DNA of 64,000 nucleotides from Eledone cirrhosa. Lineage: Eukaryota. Below the pieces are notes generated by a model. That model saw nothing but the letters and a program-made list of their open reading frames with translations. It was not told where the DNA came from and did not search any database. Position 1 is the first letter of the stretch, and the number at the start of each line of letters is the position of its first letter. The stretch lies in assembly GCA_964016885.1 (NCBI GenBank), contig OZ024747.1, positions 9,114,001 to 9,178,000 of the forward strand. The letters run 5' to 3'. Below, one piece after another: positions 1 to 15,974 of this stretch. The position numbers and the translations under genes are program-made.

Positions 1-212
1 AATAACTTTCGGTAGAGCGTCGGACAACATGCTTTGCAGTGTAGAGTTACGGCCCTTTACGTTCTGAGTTCAAATCCTGCCGGGGTTAACTTTGTCTTTC
101 ACCCTTACGGGGTCGATATAATAAAGTACCAGTAACGTACTGGGGTCGATTTAATCGACTTTCGCCTCCCCCAAAATTGTTGGCCTTGTGCCCAAATCAG
201 AAACCATTATTA
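1..212 (+). mobile_element. tRNA-derived SINE (major family of this window)
   Basis: GAGTTCAAATCC B-box, core ttgcctttcatccttacggggtcgataaaataaagtaccagt, tail gctggccttgtgcc..gaaacaatt. Confidence 0.8.
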
Positions 213-522
213 AGAACATAACTTAACAAAGGTTCTGGTATAAAATTATGATGGAAGGCTTTTAGCTAAATGTAAACACTTAAAAATAAATTGCTTGGCA
301 TTATAAAATAAAGGCTAATTTAAGGCAGTTTGGTATGAAAAGGGTTAAAATGACCGAAATTTTCATGCAGAAAATTTAAGTATTGAACTGTAACAATGAA
401 ATACACCTTCTGTTTCAGTGGAAATACCAAAATGTGCTTATTTTGTGTATATACACTGCCACAAGAATATGGACATACTGACTTTGTTTTGTCTACGTTT
501 ATCATTAGAACTTAAATACTAT

Positions 523-710
523 AATTGTTTCTACTTTTGACACAAGACCAGCAATTATCCCAGTGTATTACTGGTACTTTATTTTATCAACCCCGTAAGG
601 ATGAAAGGCAAAGTTAACCTCGGCGGGATTTGAACTCAGACCATAAAGGGCTTTAACTCTTTGCTGCAAAGCATGGCGTCCGACCCTCTATCGATACTGA
701 CATTCCACAT
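523..710 (-). mobile_element. tRNA-derived SINE
   Basis: Reverse complement of the same family. Confidence 0.8.
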
Positions 711-1051
711 GCTATAATGTCTTTTTCACAGTTGTATAAAAAAATATAATAATATAATGCTTACAGAACGAAAACACAAACAAATATAATATATACAAAG
801 GGAAGGGAAAGGTAATACACATAGAACTGTTTCCAATTCTTTTGTGAAGTTATGTGACTTAGTAGTTAGGATGTTGGACTCCGTCTTAAAGTCATGTTTA
901 ATTCCTGGACTGTGTGGTTCTTTTTAATTTCTTTTCTTCTCATTTTATAGACTGCTTGTATCATTTGACGCTTTTTACTGCCAATTATCATTCTATCATT
1001 ATTTATTTCATCTAATAAAATCTCTCTTTTTTCATATTTTAATCAACAGAT

Positions 1052-1852
1052 ATGATGGAGAAATGCAGCATTGAGAAGGTAAACAGCCGACATTCTAGCA
1101 ACCTGGTTGATATTGACAAACCAGTTTCTGCTAGGATGGATGTAACTTCTTATAACTTGTCAAACCAACATGGCCATGTTATAGATATAAGTAATGATGA
1201 TGATGAAGAGGAGGTGGAGGAGGAAGATCTTATTTATAACATCAGTGGCAAAGACAATGAGAAAAATGACACAAAGTCTTCCTCACATACAAACTCTAAG
1301 CCAACCGAGCAAAAGACTAAATCAAAATGGAAATCTGCACCTTTGTGTTTGTTTCATTGTGAGTTCTGTGACCAGCAGTTTTTGAACAGTGAACTTCTTG
1401 AAGTTCACCGAAGGCGTCACCATTCCATTTCCAGGGGCAACCACACTACTGAGACCAACACAGTTGAGATTAGAATCGATGACAGCACCAGCGAGAGTGA
1501 AGTAGACGACAGTGAGCTTTATCACTGTGAAGTCTGTGGTAAACTGTTTACAGATATTAATCTGGTACAGCAACATCGACGAGCTCACTACGGTATCAAA
1601 GTATTCCAGTGTGATGTCTGTAGTAAGAACTTCTCTGAGAGGAGTCATCTGTTGCGCCACAAACGCACCCACACAGGAGAGAGACCGTTTGGTTGTGATA
1701 TATGTGGCAAGTATTTTGCTCGCTCAGACAAACTCCTCAGACACAAACGAATACACACTGGAGAGAAACCTTATCACTGTGAAATATGTGGTAAAGGGTT
1801 TGGGAGGTCTGATAAATTGTTACAGCATAAACGAACACATTTCACAAATTAG
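1052..1852 (+). CDS. C2H2 zinc-finger protein, 266 aa, acidic N-terminus and 5 fingers
   Basis: ORF has five CxxC-x12-HxxxH fingers; the last three are joined by TGERPF/TGEKPY linkers. An acceptor-like ttttaatcaacag ends at 1049, just before the ATG. Confidence 0.92.
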   Translation: MMEKCSIEKVNSRHSSNLVDIDKPVSARMDVTSYNLSNQHGHVIDISNDDDEEEVEEEDLIYNISGKDNEKNDTKSSSHTNSKPTEQKTKSKWKSAPLCLFHCEFCDQQFLNSELLEVHRRRHHSISRGNHTTETNTVEIRIDDSTSESEVDDSELYHCEVCGKLFTDINLVQQHRRAHYGIKVFQCDVCSKNFSERSHLLRHKRTHTGERPFGCDICGKYFARSDKLLRHKRIHTGEKPYHCEICGKGFGRSDKLLQHKRTHFTN

Positions 1853-1897
1853 TGTTATATATATATAAAAAAAAAAGAAAATTTCGCTCTATATATA

Positions 1898-1949
<52 letters not shown>

Positions 1950-3622
1950 CTTTGTTGTATATATATATTATAAAGAGTCTGGACCCGACAGCTGAGCTCT
2001 TGCTGTTTCAACAGCTAGTTCCAGACAGTCTGGAACTAACTTTTTAAATGGCAAGAGCTCAGTTGTCGGGTCCAGACTCTTTATAATACAACCATATTCT
2101 ACTACTACAAGTATCGAGTACTCTGAGTAATGGTTTAACCAGTTTCAAACTGAATCCATCCTGATTTATATATATATATATATATATACACACACGCATA
2201 TATATATATATATATATATATATGCATTGAAAGGAGGTGACTAGGGAATTAAACTAGATATCTTTTACTGTTTACATCCAGCCCTTTATTATCTGAATTC
2301 ATCTATCAACATTCAGTTATACAATTATCGTTTTACACTTTACAGCGGAGGTGGCAAACCTTTTTTTGCCCGGGAGGTGAGTATAAATATTTATGGGGTA
2401 ACATCTGCACTGAGAAAAATAAGGAATCCTTAAGGTTTACAAATTCATAGGTATACACATGACCACACTAGATGATGTTAATTAATATATTATAATGCAG
2501 TAATTAAGCAGATAGTTATAATACTTTTATTAAACCTTTTGTTACTGTATTTCTAATGAAAGACACTGCCTAATATTCTCCTAATTTTGAAAATAATCAA
2601 GAATTTGGAGGGATTTAGAAAAATAACTAACTTTTTCATTATTAAGCTGCTGGTTGGAATATACCTTAACAAAAGTTCTTATATAAAGTTATGATGGAAG
2701 TTTTTTAAATAAATATAAACATTTAAAATCAAGCAGTCAAGAGGAATCTTCAGTTGTGTCGTAGATATGACAATGTTGTTAGTGTTGGTGGTGTACAAGA
2801 TGAACACATCCAGTACACTCTGTTGGTTATAGGTGATATGAAAGGCATCCAGTCATAGAAAACCTGCCAAAAAAGTCAGGAAGACTTTTCAGCTACGGCA
2901 AGGACATGACAACTTCCCTAATGCTGGTGCCATGATTAAATGCGCTCAATAGAGCACAGGATCATATGTTGGGCCCGTGACTCCACCTAATTACTGACTA
3001 GTCTGTGATGACATGTCCAACCCTTGCTAACAGGACATTAAATGATGAGTCTTGTATTATACAACCGGGCCAGTTTCGGGGGGTTTAGTATCAAAAGGGT
3101 TAACCAAATTATGCTTTAAGTACATAAAACAACAAAGTATAATTTTTTTAATTTAATGAAATTTTTTAATGAAAACCTTTTGGAATGATAGTGTCTTGCT
3201 CAAGGAAACAACACACCACTCGGTCTGAGAATTGAACTCACAACCTTTCGATTGCAAGGCCAATGCTCTAACCACTGAGCCATGTGCCTCCATGTACTGG
3301 GTAATTGCTGGCCTTGTGCCAAAAATAGAAACAATTATTTAGAGAACTTTTTCAGTCAGTTCTTTTGAATTGGAATGTTGGGGAGATCTTTATTCCTGTG
3401 TTACAGTATAAACAAACACATTTGTATTAGTGATGTATTTAATCCTTTTGACACCAACCTGGCCAAAACTGACTTTATCAAATAAAACCATTTAAATCTT
3501 TTCATTACCATATTTTTAATGAAATACACTGCTTATAATTTTCAAATCAGGCAAGGAACAGGAACTAGTGGAAGGGGCCAGATGCTACCAGCTAGATATA
3601 TTACAATTAATTGTAAGTAATA

Positions 3623-4838
3623 CCGTATATACTCGCGTATAGGTCGCACTTTTTTAACGATAAATAAGTATAAATTTTTGTGGTGCGACCTATCCGATCA
3701 ACATCAGACTGACCAATGATGTTTCATAGACTTAATCAACGATGGGTATTTATAAAAATAACTTTGTTAATATTTTTTTATTATTTAACATAATAATTTC
3801 ATATATCTACCTTCTTATACATATATTTCTTGATTTTCAATTTTTTACTAAAACTTTGTAGTGTTTACGTTTTTTTCTATCTGACCGAACCATCCGTCAT
3901 TAAAATCCATAGAAAGGCATACCCGGTATTTAAAATATGATTTCATTGTCTTAGCGTTGCTATGAACACATATTGTGACGTATTTACTTTAACAGGAAAC
4001 AGATTATTGCACGTGGCGTTTCTTTTCATAATTAGCAAGTGAGAAAAGTTGACAGTTGAAATCTAGCAGTTTTCCGAACAGGTGAATTAATTAAAAATGC
4101 AGATATAATCAGTACAAGGTTTTAGTCTTTCTCTACATTCCAGGCAAATATTTTCATTGAAAAAAATGTATAAAACCTTTTCACCAGTCAAAATAATATT
4201 TGCAATGTACTCTTACACAATGTACGGTGTAAATTTATGTAAGTTCATTAACAGGTGTGAACATGTATTGGTGTTGTATCTTTCAACCATGTTGCTGTAA
4301 TATTTTCAATGGTGTCCGTCAGATCTTCGTTTTCACTTTCAAAGTAACTATCATCGTCAGAAATAAATACATCTGATTCATTTGAAGATAATTCATTTGA
4401 AGAACAATTCATTTCGAATGTCGTCGCATGTAAAACCTTCAAAGTCGGTATTCACTACTTTGGGAAGCCATGTTGATACGCTAAAAATCTGTTATACTTT
4501 CAACGTTAAAAAACACGTTTTATTTCAAGTTGTTTCACTATATTAAGAGTTAATTTTCGCGCTTAAAGACTTTATCTCGCAGTAATCTCGAATTGACGAA
4601 ATTTCGATGACATTAATGTTTATTTTATAAATAAAACATGGTTTGGGGTATATATCACAACGGTGAAGTAATGGAAAGCTAACAGATTATTAGTTTCAAT
4701 TATCATAAAAAATAGTAGTTTGACGGCCCAAGTTTCAGTGCGACCTATCTGCGAGTCAATAGCAAATAGCCTATTTGTTAAATGAAAAGTGGGTATGCGA
4801 CCTATATGCCGGGGCGACCTATACGCGAGTATATACAG
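3623..4838. mobile_element. Non-autonomous Tc1/mariner-superfamily (Tc2/pogo-like) DNA transposon
   Basis: ~25-bp TIRs CCGTATATACTCGCGTATAGGTCGC / GCGACCTATACGCGAGTATATACAG, with TA on both sides (3621-3622, 4839-4840). Subterminal GCGACCTAT repeats; no transposase ORF. Confidence 0.85.
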
Positions 4839-5777
4839 TACATTATATTTCATAGTTAAGCTACTATTTGAGAGCATATGTAATGACTAAATTAGGCTAA
4901 TTTACAGTAAGAGGTAACATATGAAACTGCAAGAAAATGGCTATGCTCTAAAAATGGAGAGAATTTAATGTTTTTACATTAAAATTTATAAGTTCTTAAA
5001 CTTAATTGTTAAATTTTAATTTTTGTTTGAGTAGGTTAACAGGAATCTGTTATAACCCTTTGTTATAAGTTCAACTCCTGCTGAGGTTAGCTTTGTCTTT
5101 CATCCTTGCAGGGTCGATTTAATCAACTATCCTCTTCCCCACAAATTGCTGGCCTTGTGCCAAATGTAGAAACAATTATTACCGGAGAAATGTTGGATAC
5201 CTTTAAATAAACATAATCAACATCTTTAAACATATATCTTCTCAGTTAGGTAGGAGGGTTTCTTTCTTCTACTTTGACACTTTTTAATTTCCAGTTGTGT
5301 AGATTAGCATATTTGAGCACTAGAAACTGAGTTATATTACACAGGGTGGGCTTGGATATTGTAGGAAATAATGTCCCTTATGTATTTCTACATGCCGACT
5401 CTTATGTGTTTTTCTAATTTCTCTGTTGCACTTGTTTTTGTTGCTCCAAACCAATAATGTCTAATAATCAAAACCAATTAATCAGCAAAGTAACTGATAC
5501 CAATTATTTACTGATTAATCAATACAACCTTAGTACCAGTCGATAAATAATATACTAGGGTCAATTCTTCCTCTTTGTCACTTTCTCACTCTCACTCTCT
5601 GACTTACTGGAAGAAATTAGCTGCGTTTGAACCTGGAGAAGAATGGGTTCCACCTGGTATAAAAGGCCCAAGTCAGGAATTCAGGGCTCAAGCTTGGCAT
5701 GGGACCCATCTCCTTAAGTATCAGCATAGTATACAAAATTATTAGAGACTTTCAACATTTGCTAGCTAATCATTTAT

Positions 5778-6000
5778 TATTGGCAGTATTGGTAGAACGT
5801 TGGACACCATGTTTCACGGCATAGAGTCACGGTCCTTTATGTTCTGATTTCAAATCTCACCGAGGTTAGCATTGCCTTTTATCCTTATGGAGTTGATAAA
5901 ATAAAGTATCAGTAACGCACTGGGGTTGATTTAATCGACTTTACCCTCCCCCCAAAAGCTTGTTGGCCTCGTGCCTAAATCAAAAACCATTATTATTATT
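5778..6000 (+). mobile_element. tRNA-derived SINE
   Basis: Same family; partial copies also at 5065-5180, 11015-11215, 48510-48628, 50725-50806 and 61803-61860. Confidence 0.75.
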
Positions 6001-6540
6001 TTTTTTTTGTAATTAATTAATTAATCAATCACTCAATCCATTTTCTATGATTGAAAAAACTCCCCACTCCTAACCCCAAACAAAAGAGACCCCCCCCCCG
6101 CCCCTAAAAAAAAACTCAATGAAAAAATCGAAGAAAAACCAACAAAAACAATTGTTTTCTCAAAAAGGAAGAAAACAAAATCTTTTATTTTGTATTTAAA
6201 AATTTCAGATATTTTTTGAAAAAAATAAAAAAGCTAGAAGCAAAGAAAAGATACCAAAATAAATATTCATATATACTTGTAAATTATATAATTTTTAAAA
6301 ATTAAAAAAAAAGTTGCTTCGTTAGAATGTCTCAGGAAAGAATTGATGGACAGATTTTATGGGCAAAACCAACCAGCAGGAGACCCCGAGCAAAATGGTT
6401 GAACAACATCCTTGAGCTTGGGGATCCAGCTGGATCAGTTGCTTCTGACAGGACCCACTGGAAGGAGAGTTTGAGGACTCTGCCCCCACGACCCACTCAA
6501 GAATAAGTGGGCAAAGAAGAAGAAGAAGGATCCTCTAGAT

Positions 6541-6729
6541 GAGGCTTGTCAAACTGAGGGTCCCCCGAGGGCCACACACGACAACTAATTCCGCACATTA
6601 CAACTATTTTTTTTCATTTTATATTACAAAGATAAAACATGCTTGCACTGTAAAAAAACTTTGTGTGGGCCACAGGTATGTTTGTAAAGGGCCACATGTG
6701 GCCCGCAGGCCACATGTTTGACATGCCTG
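6541..6729. mobile_element. hAT (Charlie-like) MITE
   Basis: Imperfect TIRs gaggcttgtcaaac / gtttgacatgcctg, internal ggcccgcaggcc motif, left flank ctctagat. Confidence 0.55.
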
Positions 6730-6755
6730 CTTTAATAATCAAGAAGATGAAAAAT

Positions 6756-7580
6756 TGTAAACCTGTCGGTCCATGAGAGATAGTCTCTGAAATACTGGAA
6801 TCTTCTGGAGAAGTTGGAGCTGAACTAGTCACCTACATAATCAGGTAATGCATAATGGAATCATACCTCATGACTGGTGTAGCAGTATACTCATTAATTG
6901 TTACAAGGAAAAAGGTAATTAACTAGAAAGGAGCAGCTATAAAACTGATGGACCAAGTTATGTAAGTGACAGAGTTCAAGTGCAACTAATTAGGGAAAGA
7001 GTTAAACTAGCTGAAATATAGTTCAGTGCCAGGGTGAAACACCATAGGTTCCCTCTTAGTGAGACAACTACAAAAGATGTTCCTAGCTTAGTGTAAGCCC
7101 CTCTATCTAGCTTTTGTTGATCTAGAAAAGGCTTTTGACATAGTACCTCGCTCTGTCATCTGGTGGCCCTTAAGGAAACCAAGTGTAGAAGAGTGGCTTG
7201 TAAGAGCAGTACAAGCCATGTACAGGAGCTGTCAGTAACGTGAGAGTAGGTAATGAGTTTAGTGAGGAATTCAATGATCAGGTAGGTGTTTATTAGGACT
7301 CAGTTCTCAGCCCACTTCTGTTCTCTAGGCCATAACAGGCGTTTAAGACTGGATGACCATGGAAACTTCTGTATGCAGAGAGCTGGGTTCTTATAGTGGG
7401 AGAGCTAGTGAAGAAATTCCAGTTGAGAGTAAAAGTTTTGGTAAGCAGGAAAGAAGACAGGATACTGATCCCATCAGGGATGTGGCCCTGCTGAATGTGT
7501 AGAAAAGGAGGAGATAGTAACTCTAAAAGATGTACACAATGTAAATCTTGAATACACAAGAGGTGTAGTGGGATGTCCTT
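6756..7580 (+). mobile_element. Degenerate RTE-clade LINE reverse-transcriptase fragment
   Basis: LAFVDLEKAFDIVPR and SVLSPLL remnants with stops and frameshifts; related to 57600-58686. Confidence 0.75.
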
Positions 7581-8369
7581 CCTAATACCAACCATGTTAC
7601 AGTGTGGACTGGGTGCTTTTTATCATGGCACTGAAACAACCATCTTACAGGGTGAACCAGGTGTCATGTCACCAGCACGACCACATTACAGTGTGAACTG
7701 TGTGCTTTATCTCGTGTCACCAACATGACCACCTAACAGGATGGACTAGGTGCTTTTGTTGTGGCACCAGATCAGCATACAGGGTGGACTTTGTGCTTTT
7801 TGTCATGGCAATGGTATTGTGGAAGATCAGATGTCAAGTGTGTCCAGCTTTCATGGGTTGGGCAGGCGAGGTGTATTAGGGCTTTGACGTACTAACAACT
7901 CTGCCAATTTGCTGCCTCAATATTTTAATAAGTGCAAAGTTTAAAAAAAATAAAATCTAGATAGGACTCATTATATCATGACATCAGTGTCATCTCTCTC
8001 TTAACCCCAGCCCAACTTAAAGGTTGTTCCCCCATCTCCAGTAGGGTGGAGAGAGCTCTTGAGTCAATGATTGATAACCTCTCTAGTGCTAGTGCCATAA
8101 AAAATACACCCAGTATAACCTGCCAGACAAAAGTCGAGGAGGACTCTTCAGCAGTACCAAAGTCAAGGCAACTTCTCTAGAGCTGGTACCATAATAAAAG
8201 GCACTCAATATAGTATGGGCACATATGTAAGCGAGATTTAGGCCCTGGGCCCACCTGAAAGGTTAGTAACTCCAGTTGAGTACTGACTCAGTCTGTGACG
8301 ATACATCCAATCCTTGTTAACGGGAAAAATGTATATTAAATGATGATGATGAACACAACTTCGAAGCAA

Positions 8370-9090
8370 CAGAGCTTAGAGTAAACTTGACAAAACCAAA
8401 GTTTTAGTAAGTAGGAAAGAAGCCAGGTCACTGATCCCACCAGGGAAGTGGACTTACTTGATATGTAAAAAACAAGCTGGTAGAAACTCTATATGATGTA
8501 CACAATAAAAATCATGGATACACAAGAGGTGTAGTGGGATATCAGCCAGATTAACAAAAAAAGGTAGACTTTGTATTTGGCAGATGTACAGGTAGTGAAA
8601 ACATCAACAAAATAAACTTTTTCCAATCCCAGGACAGCTCCATTGAAGTACTTTATAGCTCCAGCTACCTAGTTGTCCTAATTAACAGTGGCAAGGTTAC
8701 TGTGAGAGCATGGTAGCTAGAATAAAAACTGGATGGAGAAAGTTCAGGGAGCTACTACCTCTGTTGACAACTAAAGGTATCTGTGTAAACGAAAGGCTGG
8801 GTGTATGATGCAATGAGTGATGTTGCACAGTAGTGAAACATGGCAGTGAATGCAGAGGATATGTAAAGGCCAGAGAGAAACGAATTGAGCATACTTCGAT
8901 GGATGCGCAATGTTAATGTGTATGAGCTGAGAGAAAAACTGGGTATTAAAGGAATCAGATGTAGTGTGCAAGAGATAATACTATGCTGGTATAGGTGATG
9001 TGTATGGATGATGATTATTGGGTAAAGATGTGGAAAGAAAAGGTCCCGTCCAACCCATACAAGCATGGAAAACTGGACTTAAATGATGAT
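8370..9090 (+). mobile_element. Degenerate RTE LINE 3' fragment
   Basis: ARIKTGWRKFRELLPLL and MLRWM remnants; GAT-repeat tail. Confidence 0.7.
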
Positions 9091-11249
9091 GGTGATGATT
9101 ATATATATCATACACCCCCCACCACCTCACACATATATATATATATAATACACACAATTAAATGGCATTTCACCATAATAAAAATAAAAACTTAGTTATT
9201 GTTTACTTGTATTTTCATAATATAACGAAGTCATATATATATTTCCCGCGTTGAGTCGAGGAAGGTGGGGTGGGGGGTTACCACAGTTAAAAAAGGTACT
9301 CAATACATTGGTAGAGTATAGGCATCTTTATTATATATAGAAATGACTTCTACAGGACTAGAACTGTTTCACACGAATGAAACAGTTCTAGTCCTGTAGA
9401 AGCCATTTCTCTCTATATAAATATAAACACACATTTATTGGCAAATTGACCATCTCCAAATATATATATATATAATATATATATATATATATACACACAT
9501 ATATATATATATATATAGACATAAAAATATATAAATATAAATGTTATTTTGATAGAAATATTGTTCGTCTCTTTAGAAAACAAAACAAAATAAAAAGATG
9601 GATGCAGTTTGAGCCAGATTGAGACACGGCACATCCAAATGTAAGAAGAAAATCTCAACATAATTATGTTTTTACGATAAAATTTATTCACAAGGCAAAG
9701 CAACACACTGCATGGAAGCAAAAGAACGTATAAAAAGTAATAAAAAACTGTAAAAAAACGGTAAAAAAGCTGTTTTGTGGATGTGTTTTTCAGAAGGGAA
9801 TTTTTAGTTGTCACCGGCTTCGCCAATTGTCTACATCGCCTCAAACTGCTGCTTTGTGATTTCGTTGAAATCTATATGGTAGGTTTTTACTTATATAAAA
9901 TTGGCTTTTATCGATTAATATGATCTCTTGTACCAGGTCTGTTATCTTTCCTTACACTAATAGCGTTTAGAGGAAGCTGGTGAATCTTTGTAACATGTGT
10001 GTACATACGTGTGTGTGTCTGTGTGTTCGCGCATTTCGTTAGGTAGTATTCTTTCTCACAATTTTCTTCAATGATAATGAGCCTCCAGGATTATCTTTTC
10101 TGAAACTAATTACATAGCTGTTAGATCATCCGAAAGCAATGGAAAAAAACAGAAAAAACTTCTTTTTTCCGATGATTTATGTTCACAATAAACTGGTTAA
10201 GGCGGAGAGACGTAAAATTTTTTTTATCTAAGGTTTTCTGTGGATGACCTCCCTTGGAAATTAACCCCTCCAGCAACTAGTTTCGTCACTATTAAACTCC
10301 TTCCTCTCGGATCTGCAGTAGCAACTTCTATGATTATATCATCATTATTTCTATATATTGTGATGCAAATTTAAAAATGAGAAAAATTCAATATGCATAG
10401 AGAAATCGTGTGCTGTATGCATGAAAGCATTTTTAAATGTCATTCATTTTACAGCTAAAGGGTTAATAATTAAGGGAGCTAACTGCACTAATCCATGTGT
10501 GTATTGGGGGTGGGGGTTAGGAGGTGGTGGTGATGGTAGTGAGGGGGTCGGGCTCTAATATATAGATCGTTTTAGGATTAAAAAAAATATACATAATTTA
10601 TTTGAGCGTCAAATTTAATTTTTTTTCCTTTCTTGTTCATGTGTCAATGTTGAATAAAAAAAATGTATGCCCTGAAGGTTGATACTATCTTTGAGTTTTC
10701 CGTCGGGAGGAGGTGTAAACATAAATAGCAGTAATATATTATTTCATTTTTTAAACACAGCTTCTTACAAATTTACGTGTTCTCTCTTTAAAATAAAATA
10801 TTGTAAATCGAAACATTTTAAAATAAACATTTACATGTATGTATGTATGCATGTATGTATGTGTGTATGTATGTATGTATGCATGTATGTATGTGTGTAT
10901 GTATGTATGTATGTATGCATGTATGGATGCATGCATGCATGTATGTATGTATGTGTGTGTGTGTGTGTGTGTGTTGTGTATATATGTATGTGTTGTGTAT
11001 ATATGTATGTGTATGTGTAGAGCGTCAGACACCATGCTTTGTGACATAGAGTTACGGCCCTTTACGTCCTGAGTTCAAATCGCGCCGAGCTTAGCTTTGC
11101 CTTTCATCCTTACGTGATAAATAAAATGAAAGTACCAGTAATGCATTGAAGTCGCTTTAATCGACCCCCCCCCTTCAAATTGCTGGTCTTGTGCCTAACG
11201 TAGAAACAATTATTTATTATATGGATGTGTGGGTGTGTTTTTAAACGTT

Positions 11250-13343
<2,094 letters not shown>

Positions 13344-13980
13344 TTGAGAGAATGTTGAGAAGCCAGAGGGGATCACTAATGTAGGCGGGAAGCCGCTGGA
13401 ATTGGTTGAGGACTTCCTGTATTTGGGAGCAAAGATTGGGAATACGGAAGATGATGTGGTTGAGAGGAAGAGCAAAGACTGGGCGGCGTGTCACAGCTTG
13501 AGATCGGTGTGGAAGTCGGACCTTCGTGGAGACCTGAAAATCCGCCTCTTCATTGCTGTAGTGGAGTCTGTGCTGCTGTATGGGTCTGAGACTTGGACAC
13601 TGACCAAGAGACTCACTCAGATGGTGGATGGGTGCTACACGAGAATGCTGAGGATGGCTCTGAACATTAATCAGTATACACTGAGGATGAAAAACTCAGA
13701 GCTGTATGGGAGCATCCCAAAAGTCAGCTCAAAAGTGACACAGAGGAGACTGAGGTTGGCTGGACATGCTCACCGACATCCAGAGTTGACATTGCACTCA
13801 GTGCTCCTTTGGGAGCCCCTCCATGGACACACTAGAAGAGGAAGACCAAGGTTAACATATGTTGATGCCCTAAGGACAGACACTGGTCTGTTGGAGATGC
13901 AGGATATGGCAGCAATAATGAGGGACAGAGACCGCTGGAGAGAACTCGTCCATGGATCTCGGGAATTTTACCCGCCTTAG
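13344..13980 (+). mobile_element. RTE-like LINE 3' fragment (C-terminal ORF) embedded in (TA)n
   Basis: VEDFLYLG...[10 protein letters not shown]...RRLRLAGH...RRGRPRLTY...DRDRWR; the stop codon is followed directly by (AT)n. Confidence 0.88.
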
Positions 13981-13995
13981 ATATATATATATATG

Positions 13996-14135
<140 letters not shown>

Positions 14136-14207
14136 TTTCGTTTCTGAATTTGTTTAGCAAGATTCTTTATCTGAAATCGTGTGTTGAAACCGATATTGTT
14201 ATACTTT

Positions 14208-14261
<54 letters not shown>

Positions 14262-14333
14262 TATATAAATATGTTTATATGGGCCCTTTCTGTCTTCTCA
14301 ATCTTTTTATTTCTTCTTTAATTTCTCTTTCTA

Positions 14334-14369
14334 TTTTCTGATGAAGGACTAACGTCTGAAACGTTAAGA
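14334..14369 (+). ncRNA. Minimal hammerhead motif in a short Penelope-like element (~14137-14460)
   Basis: tttt CTGATGA a ggac taac gtct GAAA cgtt aaga; palindromic AACGTT stem III (dimer type). Confidence 0.55.
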
Positions 14370-15974
14370 CTCTTCTCCTACTATATCAAGTGTAAAACTA
14401 ATATATTTCTTCATTGTACTGTGTCATTTGCTTTGTTATTTCTGTTTGCCTTGCATCCATAATATTTACTTTGATAAACATCTGTGACCTTAAGAACAAA
14501 ACAAAAACCCATCTCCTACTCTCCCTCCCTCTAAACCCTCCTTCCTTCTCACTCCCCTTCCCCCTTCTCTTCTCACTCCTACTTCCCCTTTTTCTGGCTC
14601 TCCATTAATATCTACTTTTTTCTTTTCGTCTGCCTTCCTCCTCCATCTTCACCCCCCCCACTCCCCCCTCTCCACTCTCCCTCCTCTCCTATCACCTCTT
14701 TTCACCTTCCATTACCCCTTCCAACATCCATGCCAAAGAAACTATAAATAACAATACTAATCAATCTTATCTGACTTTCCTGATGATTTCATACAAATGA
14801 AACAGTTCTAGTCCTGTAGATGTCATATTTATACCAAGATTTATAAATGGAGATATCCCCTTAATTTTAACTAGACACTTTATATTATGTACTGGGCGTA
14901 TTTATTACGTAGATCACCGACACTAGAGAGGCTGTCATGTCCTTGAAATGAGTAATTTGTTTATATATATATGGTAAGAGCTTAGGCAGAAAATCCTTAT
15001 TATATATATATATATATACACATGCACACATGTGTGTATCATGACTCGTGCACTATTCATTTTACTGATGTTTGTGCATTGCCCTATGTACTGTACATGC
15101 ACTTTTTGATGAGTTGTGGTGCACCTGGGCACTGTACACAATATTTCATTATTATTATTATTATTATTATATCATGACTCATACACTGTTCATTTTCCTG
15201 ACATTTGTACATTATTCTATGTACTATACATGCACCTTTGATGAGTTGTAGTGCACCTGAGCACTGTACACAATAATTTCATTAATATTATTATATATAG
15301 AAATATAAAAAACAACAACAACACAGGAGTACTAGTTACAAATGGTATTAGTTTCACGCTTGGTGAGTGGAGTGTGTGGGTGCAACGTTTTGGGCATAAG
15401 CCCTTCATATATATATATATCAATCATCATCATCATCATCATCACCATTTAACATCTATTTTTCTATGCTTGCATGGGTTAGCTGGGTTGTCTACGCCAT
15501 GAGACAAGTCTGGCCAGCTGGCCATGACGCACCTTGCTCAAACAAAACAATATTTTGGCTAGGTCTTTTAGAGCTGGAGGGTCTTGCTAACACCAACCAT
15601 GTCTACAGTGTGGAACTGGCCAGCTGGCTACACTGTACCTTGCTTATAGCAGAACTGTATATTGGGAGCTGGGTGGTCCTGTTATGAAGGGGATCTGCCC
15701 AGTTAGCCATGGTGCACCTTGCTCATAATGGAACCACGTTTTGGCTGAGTTTTTATAGCTACTGGAAGCCCTTCCTAACATCAATCACGTTTATAGTGTG
15801 GATCTGGGTGGTACCGTTATGAGACAAGTTTGACCAGTAGGCCACGCCATACCTTGCTCAAAGCAGGACCATGTTTTACCTCAGTATATATGGCTGTTAG
15901 ATGCCCATCATAAGTACAAACCACGCTTATGGTGTGGGCTGAATTGGGTTGTTAGCTTGGGTCTTCTGTTGTTC

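Noticed and set aside
4248-4442. Acidic 64-aa ORF inside the Tc2-like element
   Set aside because: Too short, no DDE/HTH motifs; at most a decayed transposase tail.
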